NCBI RefSeq assembly: GCF_030028105.1
Contig: NC_092398.1
Location: 479,471-543,470, forward strand
Direction of reading: 5' to 3'
Source of the DNA: Mobula birostris
Taxonomy: Eukaryota
Length of the DNA stretch: 64,000 nucleotides
Below the pieces are notes generated by a model. It made no database searches. It was not told the origin of the DNA and was given only the letters and a program-made list of their open reading frames with translations. The position numbers and the translations under genes are program-made. Below are positions 12,083-25,735 of the stretch, piece after piece (within the stretch, counting starts at the first letter, position 1; each line of letters starts with the position of its first letter).

Positions 12083-12454
12083 GTGGGGCAGGATGTGCTC
12101 TGATGTGGATTTTACTTGACATTTATGACTCTGGGTCTACTTTGCTGGAAAATAATCCTGAGAAATCATACTGAAAGTTGGAAATTGTTGAAACATACAA
12201 TATCAGTACAAGGACAGGCACTCAGTGAGTCTGCAGAGACGCCACATTCTACTTGGACATCTCTGTATTCACACCCTCTGGCTGGCCCCATCTCTCATTA
12301 CTGATGCATACAATGTCCTACAGAGAGTCAATCGGCCACACATGTGCCTGGACTTCCCCCTACATCGAGGGGGATATCATGTTGACTCTCACATTGACTC
12401 CTCACCACTGAACACCCCATGGATGGCTGTTGCTGAAATCGGAATTTAGGTGGA

Positions 12455-12660
12455 TCCTGGGCACTCATTACCTGGGGACTATAACCTGAGCACCTGGGCA
12501 CCTGTTACCTGGGGACTATTACTTGAGCACCTGGGCACCTAGGCACTGTTACTCAGGCATCTGGGCAATGTTACCTGGGCACCTAGACACTGTTACCTAG
12601 GCACCTAGGCACTGTTACCTGGGAACCTGGACATTGTTACCTGGGTACCTGAGCACTGTA
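12455..12660. repeat. Degenerate short-period repeat (cctgggcac / tgttac modules)
   Basis: ttacctgggcacctaggcactg variants repeated. Confidence 0.8.
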
Positions 12661-13009
12661 TTCATGCAGACACCATTTAATCTATGAAGATTTCATTGGG
12701 GAACAGGTCAATCTTGCCTCTACGATTTGCCGATGTTGCTAGTTTCCCATGGTTAACACAGCCATTGCCCGTTCCCATAAGTAACTGGGAAATTTTCGTT
12801 AGGATCCTTCAACGTGGTTGTGGATCACCAGAACCTGGTCAATACTCCATTTGCCAGAGACACACATGATATCCTCAGGGACACCATAACTGGACATCTT
12901 CAGTGGCCTGTCTTGACCAGAGGGGTAAGAGCCTCCGACATCTCTGGCTCCTCACACCAATGGAGTAGCAGAATCCTTGTGGAGACAATCTGCAGTTGTT
13001 TTTTGTTTT

Positions 13010-13400
13010 GCTAGACTCCCCTCTCGCTCTGTGACACCTCTCTGCCCCTTTATTAGGGAGAGAGAGCATCTGTGACATGTCAAATTTGTTGGGTGGGTGA
13101 ACGATTAGTTTTTGTTATTCTGCAGATCATGGTCTCTTTTTGGGGGCTTTGTTGTTGCTTGTTTGGTGGGTTGTGGCAGCTGATGCTTTTTGCTGAAGTA
13201 AGTGGGGGAGAGGGGAGTGAGGAGTTTGTTGCTTTGCTGTTGCTTGTGTGTGGGAGGGGAAGAAGGGGGCTTTGGGGTTCCAATGTTTTTACTGACACCC
13301 ATTCTTAGGGGTACTCTTCTGTTTCTCGTGGACGTCTGTGAAGAGTAAGAATTTCAGGTTGTATAATGTATACATTCTCCGATATTAAATGGAACTTTTT
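13010..13400 (+). mobile_element. Rex1/Babar-type LINE 3'UTR (family also at 24540-24895, minus)
   Basis: ctgcagatcatggtct..gggggctttggggttc..gaatttcaggttgtat..attaaatggaac, matched in reverse orientation at 24540-24895. Confidence 0.7.
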
Positions 13401-13899
13401 GAACATAGTTGGCCTTCTGAGAACAAAATTCCATTGCCTGTGCCGGTTCAAGAGCACTCTGAATCAGAATCAGGTTTATTGTCACTGGCAGATTTGCTTT
13501 ATATCAGCAGTACAGCGCAGGGCATAAAAATTACTAAGTTGCAAAAATGCATAAATTGTGGAATATTTCCTGTGAGATGTCATCGCAACATGCTTCATAT
13601 TGTACAGCCGAGCGCGGGGATCACAGAGTCACAGAGCTGAGGTCCTGTCGCCTCCTCATCACGGACCTTCTCTCCAAGTGGAATTGTTGACAGATGATTG
13701 GACAAAGTTCAATTTCAATGACGTTTCCTCATCATCTGGTCAATATTTAATCCTGGCCTGATAACAAGCAAGTAAAATTAATTTCACAGAAGTTCCAAGC
13801 AAAGAGCACCTCTAACATCAATTTTCTGAGACTCAGTGAAGAAGCCAGCCCTTTGGCCTGTCATATTCATTCTAACTATTAGGTATCTATCCTTACTAA

Positions 13900-14645
13900 T
13901 TCACACAAAATGCTGTATGAACTCAGTGGGTCAGGCAGCATCTATGGAGGGAAATAAACAGTCAATGTTTTAGGCTGAGATCCCTCATCAGGCCTGGATA
14001 GGAAGAGGACACAAGCCAGAATAAAAATGCCGGGGGACATGAGCTGTTTGGTGCTAAATGAATCCTGGTGAAGGGGGAGATAGATAGGTGGGAGTGGGTG
14101 GGAATGATGTGAGGACTGGGGAGGAGATATCCAGCTGAGAGGGAGACCTCACTACCTACCTTCCCCTCGCATGGATTCACCTGTCATCCATTCTCTCTTC
14201 ACCTGGATTCACCTATCTCCCACTTTCCCCTCATTTGGATTCACCCATTACCCAGCTTCCTGTCGCCTGGATTCACCTGTCACCCATCTTCTCCTCACCT
14301 GGATTCACACATCACCCATCTTGCCCTCACCTGGATTCACCTGTGACCCACCTTCTCCTCACCTGGATTCACCTGTGACCCACCTTCTCCTCACCTGGAT
14401 TCACACATCACCCATCTTGCCCTCACCTGGATTCACATGTGACCCACCTTCCTCTCACCTGGATTCATTCATCACTCATCTTCCCCTCACCTGGATTCAC
14501 CCATCTCCTGCCTTCCTCTCACCTGGATTCACCTGTCACTGACTTTCCTCTTACCTGATTCACCTATCTCCCAGCAGATCACGTTCCTTCCACTCCCCTC
14601 TCCTCTCTGACCCTCTGGATTCTTCCTGATTTTTGTGTGTTGCTC
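13900..14645. mobile_element. Inverted Penelope-like 3' fragments with internal tandem expansion (14150-14570)
   Basis: Minus pseudo-LTR with decayed hammerhead (13960-13995), then about 12 copies of cacctggattcacctgtcacccatcttcccct, a motif present once in the Penelope tail at 41385-41410. Confidence 0.7.
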
Positions 14646-14861
14646 AGTGGAATCTCTGGTGAATCCATCTTGGCTACTCCACTTGCTGTGCTTCGTCCCT
14701 AGCCAGTACGCGCCCTCCCAGCCTGGATATACACCCCTCCGTACCTTCAGCTCAGAGCAAGAAACACCCTTCTTCCTCCTTCCACAGGGACCAAACCAGT
14801 TCCCCTCAACCAATGACACAGACCAGTGATGCATCTGCAAGATCAGCTGAGAACACTGAGA

Positions 14862-14930
14862 CCAGGGGTTCCCAACCTTTCTTATACCATGGACCCCTGC
14901 TATTAACCAAGAAGGTCCTTGGACCCCTGT
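14862..14930. mobile_element. hAT/Charlie-like MITE fragment
   Basis: Begins caggggttcccaacct and ends ggacccctg, typical CAGGGG termini. Confidence 0.5.
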
Positions 14931-14949
14931 TTTAGAGTATAGTCAAATT

Positions 14950-15690
14950 ATATTTCTTTAGAACAGGGAACACAGAAGACTACGGGCCTGGAACAGATCA
15001 TTTGGCCCGTCATGATGATAGTCATAGTCATAGTCATAGTTTATTAATCTCAGGGGAAATTGGTTTTCTGCCAGCACACGGTCATTCTCGTCGTATCTCT
15101 TCAGTCCTTGTCTGTCTAAACGACTGGTAAATATTACAGTTGCATCCCCTTCCACCTCCTCCCCATGCACCCACCACTTCCTGCATAGAAATTCTTTTAC
15201 ACTCCCCCCCACCACTAAACCTTTTTCCCTTTAGCGTCTGCCATTTCCACCCCAGGGTAAAGGTCTTTGTCTACCCTCTGGTCATCATTTTATAAACTTT
15301 CTGTTGGGTTGCCTTTCAGACTCCAACGCTGCAGAGGAAACAATCCACATTTGTGCAAACTCTCCTTGTAACTAATGCACTCTGATCCAGGCAACATCTT
15401 GGTAAACCTGTTTTGCACCACACTCCCCCCTCACCCCCCAAGGCCTCTACATCCTTTCCATAGTCTGTGACCAAAAATGCAAATGTCCACACGTGGCCTA
15501 ACTAAACCTTTATTAAGTTCTAGGTTTTATTAAAGTTTTATGCAGTTGCAACATGACTTCCCAGGTTTTATACTTAATGCCCTAACTGAACACGGCCAGC
15601 AGGCAGATGACTTCTTTACCTTCCTATCCACTTAACGTGGCCACTTTTATGGAATTACGGATTTGTATGCCAAAATGCCTCTGTAATTCA
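14950..15690 (-). mobile_element. Decayed CR1, with a small (tagtca)n-tailed LINE end inserted at about 15015-15068
   Basis: Reverse-complement CR1 motifs (ccaggcaacatcttggtaaac, cgtggcctaact, gcaacatgacttcc). Confidence 0.75.
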
Positions 15691-16254
15691 ATTACAGTAA
15701 GTAGAAAGTAAATAGTTACTCTCTTAGTTTTCATAAGCCCTGGCATTCAAACCAAGTCTGATGATCTTTCCCCAGCTATACCACAGGGCTTTTACTTAAC
15801 TAAAGTTCAAAGTTCAAATTAAATTTATTATCAAAGTATATATATAGCACCATATACAACCCCAAGATTCATTTGCTTGAGGGCAAACTCAATAACTTCA
15901 TAATAGAATCAATAAAAATATTGTCTGTTTCTATATAATTAATTATTCTTTGATATCAAAACAGAAAATTTGTGATATACTCAGTAGGCTAGACAGCGTC
16001 TGTAGAAAGAGAAACAGTTAATTGTTCAGCCTGGATAACTGGACTTTTAATATTCTCCTTTCTGAGTTATTTCAACAGCTTTTACTGATATTTATATGTG
16101 CGAAATATCAGGATCTGAGCTCTGACAAGCTGGCAAAAGGTGACGTGGTAACGTTGTGATCTCTCACACATGCTGTCTGTCCATTGTCTCATTTCCCATT
16201 TGAAAGGGCTTCCCCATGGGGAGACCATCAGTAACAGTTTGTTACTCCTCTCTT

Positions 16255-16970
16255 TTGCTACAAGGTTGAAATGATTGTGGACTTAAGGAAAGGTGCGGAC
16301 AAACCAACCCCCCCTGCACACACATGGTTCCTCCGTAGAAAGAGTTCAGTGCACCGTTCACCTCAATATCACCTCCCCGAGTAGGAAGGCACAGCAGTGC
16401 CTTCATTTCCTGAACAGATTGAGGCAAATGAGGATCTCCCCACCCGCCCAACCTCTTACAGGAGCACCACTGAGATTGTCCCGACAAGTTGCATCTCCAT
16501 CTGGTGAGGGAGCAGCCGAGCATCGGACTGGAAGTCCCTACAAAGGACTGCGAGAACAGCCGAGAGGATCATTGATTCTATTCTGGTAATTATTCTGCTG
16601 TGGAGTTATTGAGTATGCTCACAGGAAAATGAATTTCAGGTTAGTATATAGTGACATATATGTACTTTCATAATAAATTATCATCCATCGGGGACATTTA
16701 TCAGGAACACTGTGTACACGGGGTCCTTAGTATTATCAAGGATCCCACCCATCTATCCAGCATCCTCTTTGACTTTCTACCATCAGGCAGGAGACTCTGA
16801 TGCATAAAAACAAGCATAATTCATTTGTAGGTTTAATTCTTACTTCCCTAAGTTATCGTGTGTTATGTGTACTATTGTGCTTTACAGCCAGGTCTGGAAA
16901 AACGCTGTCTTGTTTGATGGAATACATGCACATAGTTAAGTAACAATAAACTTGACTTGACTTGACTTGA
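16255..16970 (+). mobile_element. Decayed Rex1/Babar 3' half with (cttga)n tail and nested LINE tail at about 16570-16680
   Basis: RKAQQCLHFLNRLR translation; DPTHLSSILFDFLPSGRR; caataaacttgacttgacttgacttga. Confidence 0.8.
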
Positions 16971-18289
16971 TATTGAGTTGGACTGTAATCTTAAAATAAA
17001 ACAATACGCAGAAAAATCAATCTAATGAGATTTTCAGAAGAATCTATTCACTGATTTAGATTATACAGTTAGTGTACAGTCAGTAAAACTGGGTTCGTAA
17101 TAGTGACTGAATACTGCTGATTCCCTCTCATTTGACAAAATAGTTCCAACAGGACAAAAGAAAAATCAATAACGGCAAATGTAGATAAAAAAACACATCG
17201 CCCTTGACTTTAGAAAGTCTGTGTAATAATAAACAGTATTGTCAGCTGTTCCACAGACAGTTGTGACTCTATCTTCTAGGTCCAATGTGCTTCCTGGGGA
17301 TATTTTGCTCTCACACACACCTTCAGTGTTTTCCCTTGTGACATTGCTGGGAGGTACATGTCTCTGAACAACGCAATAACACTGGAGGTGTTTCAGTCTA
17401 ATAATTTCCTGTAATCTGAATCAAATGCAGAAATGTGCGATGTTTATTCTGTTGAAGAGCATAGATTATCACCTCTCACAGATTTTTCATTCATGATATT
17501 CACATATAGTGCAGCGTTAACCCTGCATGATTTTAGTTCGTATTACCTGCTGTCACTCATGAAAGGCATTGAGACACAGCCAACATGGAAGGAGGCCATT
17601 TGAGCCATTGAGACTGTACTAGTGGAGAAAGCTCTGGCCAGCTCAGTTACTCCAGTACTGGGTCTCTCTCCATGTAGCTCAGGTACACATTAATGCCAGT
17701 TTTAGTGTGATGAGGATTTCTTAGCCTACCCTTTGCAAGTTTCACCACCACTGGTGAGATTTTACAACCCAGTGCAATTTCCCCTGCCCTTCTCTTTCAA
17801 CATTGCAAAAGTATGGTCCTCCTGCAACTTTCAGTTCCATAAACCACTCCCCTTCCTCAGACACTTTCCCGTGTACCACAAGAGACACAACATCTGGCCC
17901 ATCGACCACTTCCATAAACCACTCCACTTCCCCAGACACTACCCCGTGTACCACAGGAAGTCAATACTGCCCCTTTTACCTCTTTCCTTCCCCAGCACCA
18001 GGAACCACGCGGTCACTCCCTTCAACTCTCTCCAATGTGCAGTCCGGTGTTCAGTGTTCACAAGCTGGCTTGCTCCACACGGGAGGAATGAGATGCTGAT
18101 GGTGACCGGTTTGTGGAGTCAATGGTGTTCAGTCTGCAGGAGTGACCTGCTGCTTTAACTTTTCAGTTCACTCCCACACTGACCAATACGTCCACAGACC
18201 CATCAACACCACCTCACTATCTATGCCCTCTATTTGCACTGCTTATTTAATATATGCACACACATAAGGTTGAGACTTTATTTGTTGAG

Positions 18290-18655
18290 ACACAGATCAG
18301 ACAGAGGTATACAAAATAATGAAAGGTATAGATAGGGTAAATGAAACCAGTTCAGTGAGACTACAACCAGATAGCATGGGTTAAGGGTGAAAAGTGAAAG
18401 TTTAAGGGAACATGAGGGATAACTTCTTCACTCAGAGGGTGGTGAGAGTGTGGAACGAGCTGCCAGCACAAGTGGTGCATGCGAGCTTGATTTCAACATT
18501 AAAAGAAGTTTGTATCGGCACATGGATGGTAGGGGTATGGAGGGCTATGGTCCCGGTGCAGGTGGATGAGAGTAGGCAGTTTAAATGGTTCAGCATGGAC
18601 TCGATGTGTAGAAGGGCCTGTTTCTGTGCTATACCATTCTATGACGCTACAACTC
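18290..18655 (+). mobile_element. CR1 3' end
   Basis: MRDNFFTQRVVRVWNELP, gaagggcctgtttctgtgct. Confidence 0.88.
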
Positions 18656-18667
18656 TAAGACTGTATA

Positions 18668-19229
18668 TAGTGCTGTGCAAAAGTCTTAGGCACAGACACA
18701 TTTATACAGCTAGGGTACCTAAGACTTTTGCACAGGACTGTACTAACTTTATGTATTGCACTGTACAGCTGCCACAAAAAACAAATTTCATGACGTATGT
18801 GAGTGATGATAAACCTGATTCTGATACGGGTCTCAATTGCAAACTGAGAGTGGGAAGGGGGCAGGGAGAGGGGAATCATGGTTGGGAAAAGGGGAAGGGA
18901 GTGGGAAGCACCAGAGAGACATTCTATTCTGTAATGATCAATAAACCAATTGTTTGGAATCAAATGACCTTGCCTGGATGGGTCTAATGGCTGGGTGTGT
19001 CTGTGCCCATGCCACCACCCCCACAACAGTGGGCACTCCTTCTTTGCCACCTGTCCCACACGCCTCCCGCAGCGCTCCATCCTCACTATTCCCACGTCCT
19101 TTGCTCCCACTAGATTTACAAACTCATTCTCTGCTCCATATCGATAAATACAGTGCTGCGCAAACGTTTTAGGCACCCTAGGCTATATACTGTATACGAG
19201 CCTAAGATTTTTACACATGCACAGTACTA
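18668..19229. mobile_element. Composite non-autonomous Tc1/mariner-like element (copy 1)
   Basis: TA-flanked palindromic ends (c/t)agtgctgtgcaaaagtcttaggcac...cctaagacttttgcacag at 18668-18740 and 19151-19229; colinear second copy at 23227-23754. Confidence 0.8.
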
Positions 19230-20039
19230 TAATTATATAATATAGTGTAGAGATATATATATTTCTTATTGTAATGTACTGTATTTATTGTATTTATAGT
19301 ATTTTAAATGTATTGTCATGTACTGATGATGCAAATCAATAAATTTCAGGACATATGTCTGTGACATTAAACCTGATTCTATTTCTGCGTGCTCTCCTGC
19401 AGTGCCCAATATAATGTGTGCTGTATCTGTGTTAGTTTCCTGTCGCGCAAGTGAATCTGTTGTAGAGAGTTTTAGCATCAGCTCATCTGCAGAACAATCT
19501 GGGCCTCACCATATCAGAGACATTTCCTTTCTCCTGTTCATCCACCCCCACCGTTCTGCATGGCCCGGAGTTGTCAGCTGTGACTATAAGGGGAGATGGA
19601 GTGGCTGGTGTGTGGGTCACTGAGGACTGACTGTATAAGATTGTGATGGTCACAGAAAGGGCCAGAGCCTGCATCCTTTTCCCTGGGCAGGGAAGTCCAG
19701 AATTGAAGGGCACAGTTTTAACAGGAGGGGGCTGATTTGCTGATCACTATTCTGCAATATACGTTTTTATGAAAGCCAAAGACTGAGTTGCTACCCACTG
19801 GTGCCCCTCATCACCCCAATGCCCATGTTTAATGAGTAATGAGATCAAGGTTCATTTAACTATTGAACTTCATGGCTTGATCTCGCATTCTTTTGTTGCT
19901 GGTAGAACTGGCAATGGAAATGATTGTATAACGAATTGGCTGCAGTCAGTAAGTGATAAAACTCTCCATGCTGATTGATGAGCTGTCAACACCATTTCCA
20001 ATAGTTATCGCTTTCATCGTGAAGGATTTCTTCTCTTGG

Positions 20040-20402
20040 GTGTGCATCGTTGCTGAGTGGGTAACGTTATTGCCTCTGAGTTGAGGACACCCTGCCTGTC
20101 ACTCTAGTGTCTGATCGAATACAAAGGGGTTACTGCATTGCCAAGGTATGGCCCTTGCTCATCATGGCCAAATCCTTCCTGTTGGATGCATCTCAAAGAT
20201 CCAGGAGTCTGTGAAAAATATTCTCCATGGTGTCTTGAGTAATATTTCTCCTTCAGCCATTGTCACTCAGTCAGTTATATGGTCATTACACAGAGCATGC
20301 TGCTTAGATTACAGCAGTAATGCGCTTCAAAGGGATATAATCTTTTGTAAAGCTCTTTGGGACATCCTGGGCTGTGAAAGAGACTAAAGGGATGCAATAT
20401 TT
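20040..20402 (+). mobile_element. Ancient DeuSINE-like element (SacSINE1/AmnSINE1 type)
   Basis: ggtgtcttgagtaatatttctccttca..ggtcatta..ttacagcagtaa..cttcaaa and tail tgtaaagctctttgggacatcctgggctgtgaaag resemble recalled Deu-domain/L2-tail consensus. Confidence 0.65.
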
Positions 20403-21534
20403 TCCCTCCTCCTGTTACTAGAGTCCAAAACAAATCGTACCTGGATGTAATGATCAGGTTGAATATCTTGGTATGCTTTAAACAATAAGCTGTTTTTTTA
20501 AAAGGGAATCACTGTAGCCATTGTCTCTTTTTCAAGAACTCGCACAGGTCAATGAAGTCATTGTTCTACTTAGCAGCACTGCTCGAGAGAGGAATCTGAA
20601 GTCACGTTTTTGGATCTTGGATTTTACTTCCACAACAAGACCTTAAGGTAATGAACAGTAAAGACTGAGTAATTCACAAGGGGTTACATTTACCTGTTGT
20701 TTCTGTTAAAATCAGCCTGCACGTTTCAGGCAGTTATAGTTAGTTTGGACTCCAGAGATGTTCATGAGGGACTATGACAATGAGTACATTCCTGCACCCA
20801 TTGGAACTGTTAGACACTGGGCAGGGTGGGTAACTGTGCAATGAAAACAATTTAATTTGGGGGTAATTGATACCACTAAGCCTGGGTAGAGTCCTCACTC
20901 AATTGGGACCCACAAAACTGTTTTGTTGTTTGATTAATGCAACAGGGTCTTCAAAGACAACTAGAAATCCATTCACATGTCCTCAGACACTCACTTGTTC
21001 CTTCACCTCTCTAACCCTAGGGACATGAGAGACTGGGGATGCTGGGATCTGGAGGAACTCAGCAGGTCAGGCAGCATCTGTGGGGGGAAATGGACAGACA
21101 ACATTTCACCTGGACAGTTCACATCTTGCTGTGTTCTCCTTGCATCTCTGAATGCCAGACATTGGAGGGAGTTTGAGGCTCCCTGCTTCCTCCTGGTGGT
21201 CTCCCGATCAGTTTACTGTTCACAAGTGTAAATATTCATTCTGACACGAGCTGAATGAGTGACCATATAAATAGAAGCATTCAGAATTGAAACATTTTGG
21301 TTTGAATATATTTGTCGTAACTTTATGGTTCCCAGTCATGGTTTTGGATTTCTGACTGGTTTTGTGGACTTTTCTATCTGATTTTGTGGGCCTTTCTATC
21401 TGATTTCCTTTTCCTTTTTCCCTCTGGTGCTCTAAGTCTACAGATCAGTGGGTGTTGGTTGTCTTCCAAGACCTTATCCGTGTGTGAATTTGTGACAAAG
21501 GGTATTGACATATGGACTACATTGGAACATGTCG

Positions 21535-21950
21535 GTTAGAACCTAGACCATAGAACATAGAAGACAGAGCAGTACAGCACAGGAACAGGCTATCTGGTCC
21601 ACAATGTCTGTGCTACTGTTCAAAATAAACAACATCCCTTCTTCCTGTACACAATCCATATCCCACCACTTCCTGCCTATGTACACAAGCCATGTCCCAT
21701 CATTCCCCGCGTATCTACATAAACCATATCCCATCATTCCCTGCATATGTACACAATCCATATCCCATCGTTCCCTGCGTTTCTACACAATCCATATCCC
21801 ATGATTCCCTGCGTATCTACATGATTCATATCTGCTATTCCTTGCATATCTACCTGATATATATCCCACCATTCCCTGCATATTTACATGATCCATATCC
21901 ACCATTCTCTGTGTACATACACAATCCATATCCCAGCATTCCCTGCGATC
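21535..21950 (-). repeat. CR1 3'UTR (minus) expanded into a 34-bp minisatellite, about 9 copies (21630-21945)
   Basis: catagaacatagaa..acagcacaggaacagg then atccatatcccatcattccctgcatatgtacaca repeats. Confidence 0.85.
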
Positions 21951-23226
21951 GACCCTGGTTTGTTTCCCCAAAGAGCAAAACCTCACGCTTGTCTGCATTA
22001 AATTCCAGCTGGCATTTTCAGCCCAGTTTTACAACTGGCTCAGATCCTACTGCAAGCTTTGATAACCTTCCTCACTACACTAATCTTGGTGTCATCTGCT
22101 CTTATTTCACTTCTCTAGTATCTGCATTTTTTTGGAGCATGGACTGCTCTGCGGTTTCTCCAGCTTTATTTGACCAGACGGAATCATGAGATGGTGAGGC
22201 TGTTGTCTGAGGAGAGTTTGAGCAGAGTGGACCTGCACTCTGAACCAGGAACAGAAAATATTGGAAATACTTTTTAAAGAAAATGAGTTAATGTTTCATG
22301 TCTACGACCTTCCATTAGACAGCAGAGAATTTCCAAATGTATTTTTTTATTTCCATGTTCTGGCTTTGTCATTTTTTTTGGTTTTTGATTAGGACACAAG
22401 TTTAGAAGAATGAAAGTTGATCCCATGGAAACTTGCACCTTCTGAAGGGACCTAACAAGGTTCATGAGGAATTGTGTTTTTCCTGAGTGGGGTGTTCACA
22501 ACCAATATTCAAATTCTCAAACTAAGGAGTTGGGTCATTCAGGGCAGGTGAGAAGACATGTCTTCACACGGTGTGTAATGGATCTTTGAAAACCTCTCCC
22601 AAACGTGGAAGGTCAGCTTTAAGAGGTATGGCAGAAGGATTATGACTATGGAGGGGATTGTGGAATATTGAATTAGTATAAGACAAAAACACAGAGGCAG
22701 AAGATTAATAATGATCTTACTAAACGGCAGAACACATGTTGAGAGTGGAATGGTCCGTCCCTGTTTCTGTTCTTGTGCTCTTCATGTCCTTCTAGAGTCA
22801 GGCAGCATGAAGACAGACCATTCGCCCCTCCCCTTCCAGTGGGCACCCACCTGTATTCATCACACCTTCTAGTAACTGGCTTGTGGCTGTGACCAGAGGC
22901 CTTGGCAAGGATGTAAGGACCTGAGTGCGTCAGGCCTGAGGCTAGAATTGAGACACAATTTTGAGACGGAGATGAGAACAGGGTTTGGATTGAGCACCAA
23001 GTGCTCTTTAAATACCCAGATCTTGGTACCAAAACATGACCTCCAATTCGCAGAGCGGGACAGAATCTTTGAAGGGACAGTGCCGGCTATCCATGCTCCA
23101 GAGAATCAGAGTGCCGAAACTATAGAGGCTGGCATGGCTGGGTACGAACTGTAACAGTTCTATTTACCTCTGATATGAGGGAAGTATCCTTCAGTCTACC
23201 CTAACTACACTCCCATAAATATTATA

Positions 23227-23754
23227 CAGTATTGTGCAAAAGTCTTAGACACATATATAGCTAGTGTACCTAAGACTTTTGCACAGTACTGCAGTAATTT
23301 TACATATTGCACTGCACTGCAACCATTAAAAAAAAACAAATTTCATGACGTACGTGAGTGATGATAAACCTGATTCTGATATGGGTCTCTATTGTGGACT
23401 GAGGATGGAAAGAGGATAGGGAGAAGGAAATCATGGTTGGGAAAAGGGGAAGGGAGAGGGGAGGGAGAGGGAAGCACCACAGAGACATTCTGTAATGATC
23501 AATAAACCAATTGATTGGAATCAAATAACTCTGTCTGTTATCTTGGTTTTGGGTGTGTCTGCACCCGCCCCTGACACTCCTTCTCTGCCACCTGTCCCAC
23601 ACTCCTCCCGAGGCACCCTCCTCTTAACATTCCCAACATCCTTTGCTCCTGCCAGATTTGCAAACTCACTTTCTCCTCCACAAATACTGTACTGTGTAAA
23701 AGTCTCAGGCACCCTAATGTATAGGTGTGTGCATAAGACTTTTGCAGAGTACAG
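23227..23754. mobile_element. Composite non-autonomous Tc1/mariner-like element (copy 2)
   Basis: Palindromic ends at 23227-23291 and 23687-23754 with the same internal cargo as 18668-19229. Confidence 0.8.
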
Positions 23755-24539
23755 CATCTATCTCAGTCAGGTTCCAGTTCAACCTCCTCTGCTCCCTGAG
23801 AACAGTCTTGTCTTGTCCTCTGCACTCTCACCACAAATCTGAAGCACTCCAGCCCAGGTGAATCTCTGTACACCCATTGCAGCATTCACACACCTTCCTA
23901 CAGGGTGTAACCACGTAATGTCCTTTATGTAAAGGATTCTCCCATTCCTGCCCTTTCTAGCCCAAATATATCTCTTGGCCCACAGTTAGCTGCCTCCTCG
24001 CTTCAGGGGACTAGGGACAGGCCGGTTTGGTGAGTGGTGACAGAGGCCTGGAGGATGAGTCTTTCTTCACACATTTGTTAGATATTCATGTGAGGAAGTT
24101 AAAAAAAAATCATGTTAATGAAAGGGTAAATAACTCTCTTTGCAAGTATAATTAAAGGGTTGGGCTGACATTTATTGGTGTGTTGAAGAAGCACACACAG
24201 CCGCAGGCTATTTCTGTGTCTTACACTGAGCAATACTTGGTTGAAGCTGCAATCTAATGCCGTACTAGTGAATCCACTTCCCCACTTGATTAAAGCAGGA
24301 ACAACTCCGGAACCTGAGCCCCACACGCAAGCCTCAATACTCCACAATTCCATGACATTGATCCGTTTTGTCATTCTTAGTGTATGTATAGTTCTTCATA
24401 AATCCAATTGTATTTATTTTGTTGTAAATGCCTACAAGAAAATTAATCTCAAGGCAGTATATGACGACTTTGATAATAAATTTACTTTGACTTAGAATTA
24501 GATCATTTACAAAGCTCTTCACAGAATTCAATAGTTTTC

Positions 24540-24895
24540 ATAATTCCATTTACTATCAAAGAATGTAGCATATAACCTGAAATTCTTGCCCTCTGCAGAC
24601 GTCCGCGAAAACAGAATACCCCAAAGAACCAACATCAGTAAAAACGTTAGAACTCAAAGCCCCCTTCTGCCCCCTCCCACACACGTGCAGCAGCAAAGCA
24701 TCAATCCTCCCCCTCCCCTACTTCATCAGTGCCCTCCGCTCACCAAACAAGCAATAGCAAAGCCCCAAGAAAGACCATGATCTGCAGTACAACAAAAACT
24801 AATCATTCTTCCAACAATTCGACATGTCACAAGCTCCCTTTCTCTCTCCCCCTAATAAAGGGAAAAAGAGGTTTCACACAGTGAGGGAGGCAGAG
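24540..24895 (-). mobile_element. Rex1/Babar-type LINE 3'UTR
   Basis: Reverse-complement homologue of 13010-13400. Confidence 0.7.
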
Positions 24896-24927
24896 AGGGG
24901 AGGGGAAGAGAATTTTATATATATATG

Positions 24928-25735
24928 TAGATGGAGTTCAGCCCAGATAAGTGTGAGGTGGTTCATCTTGGTAAGTCAAATATGATGGCAGAATATAGTA
25001 TTAATGGTAAGACTCTTGGCAGTGTGGAGGATCAGAGGGATCTTGGGGTCTGAGTCCATAGGACACTCAAAGCTGCTGCACAGGTTGACTCTGTGGTTAA
25101 GAAGGCATACAGTGCATTGGCCTTCATGAACTGTGGAATTGAGCTTAGGAGCTGAGAGGTAATGTTGCAGCTATATAGGACCCTGGTCAGACCCCACTTG
25201 GAGTACTGTGCTCAATTCTGGTTGCCTCACTACAGGAAGGATGTGGAAACCATAGAAAGGGTGCAGAGGAGATTTCCAAGGATGTTGCCTGGATTGGGGA
25301 GCATGCCTTATGAGAATAGGTTGAGTGAACTCAGCCTTTTCTCCTCGGAGCGACGGAGGATGAGAGGTGACCTGATAGAGGTGTACAAGATGATGAGAGG
25401 CATTGACTGTGTGGATAGTCAGAGGCTTTTTCCCAGGGCTGAAATGGCTAACATGAGAGGGCACAGTTTTAAGGTGCTTAGAAGTAGGTACAGAGGAGAT
25501 ATCAGGGGTAAGTTTCTTACGCAGAGTGGTGAGTGCGTGGAATGGGCTGCCGGCGGCGGCGGTGAAGGCGGATACGATAGGGTCTTTTAAGAGACTCCTG
25601 GATGGCTACATGGAGCTTAGAAAAATAGAGGGCTATGGGTAAAGCCTAGGTAGGTCTAAGGTAGGGACATGTTCGGCACAGCTTTGTGGGCCGAAGGGCC
25701 TGTATTGTGCTGTAGGTTTTCTATGTTTCTATGTT
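24928..25735 (+). mobile_element. Fairly young 5'-truncated CR1
   Basis: ORF 25162-25590 MLQLYRTLVRPHLEYCAQFW..ERVQRRF..RMRGDLIEVYK; (tttctatg)n tail. Confidence 0.93.

Noticed and set aside
20550-20650. Another NHSL3-type first exon ending AAG|GTAATG
   Set aside because: The ATG frame stops early and the RFW-containing frame hits TAA before the donor; no recognisable motif.
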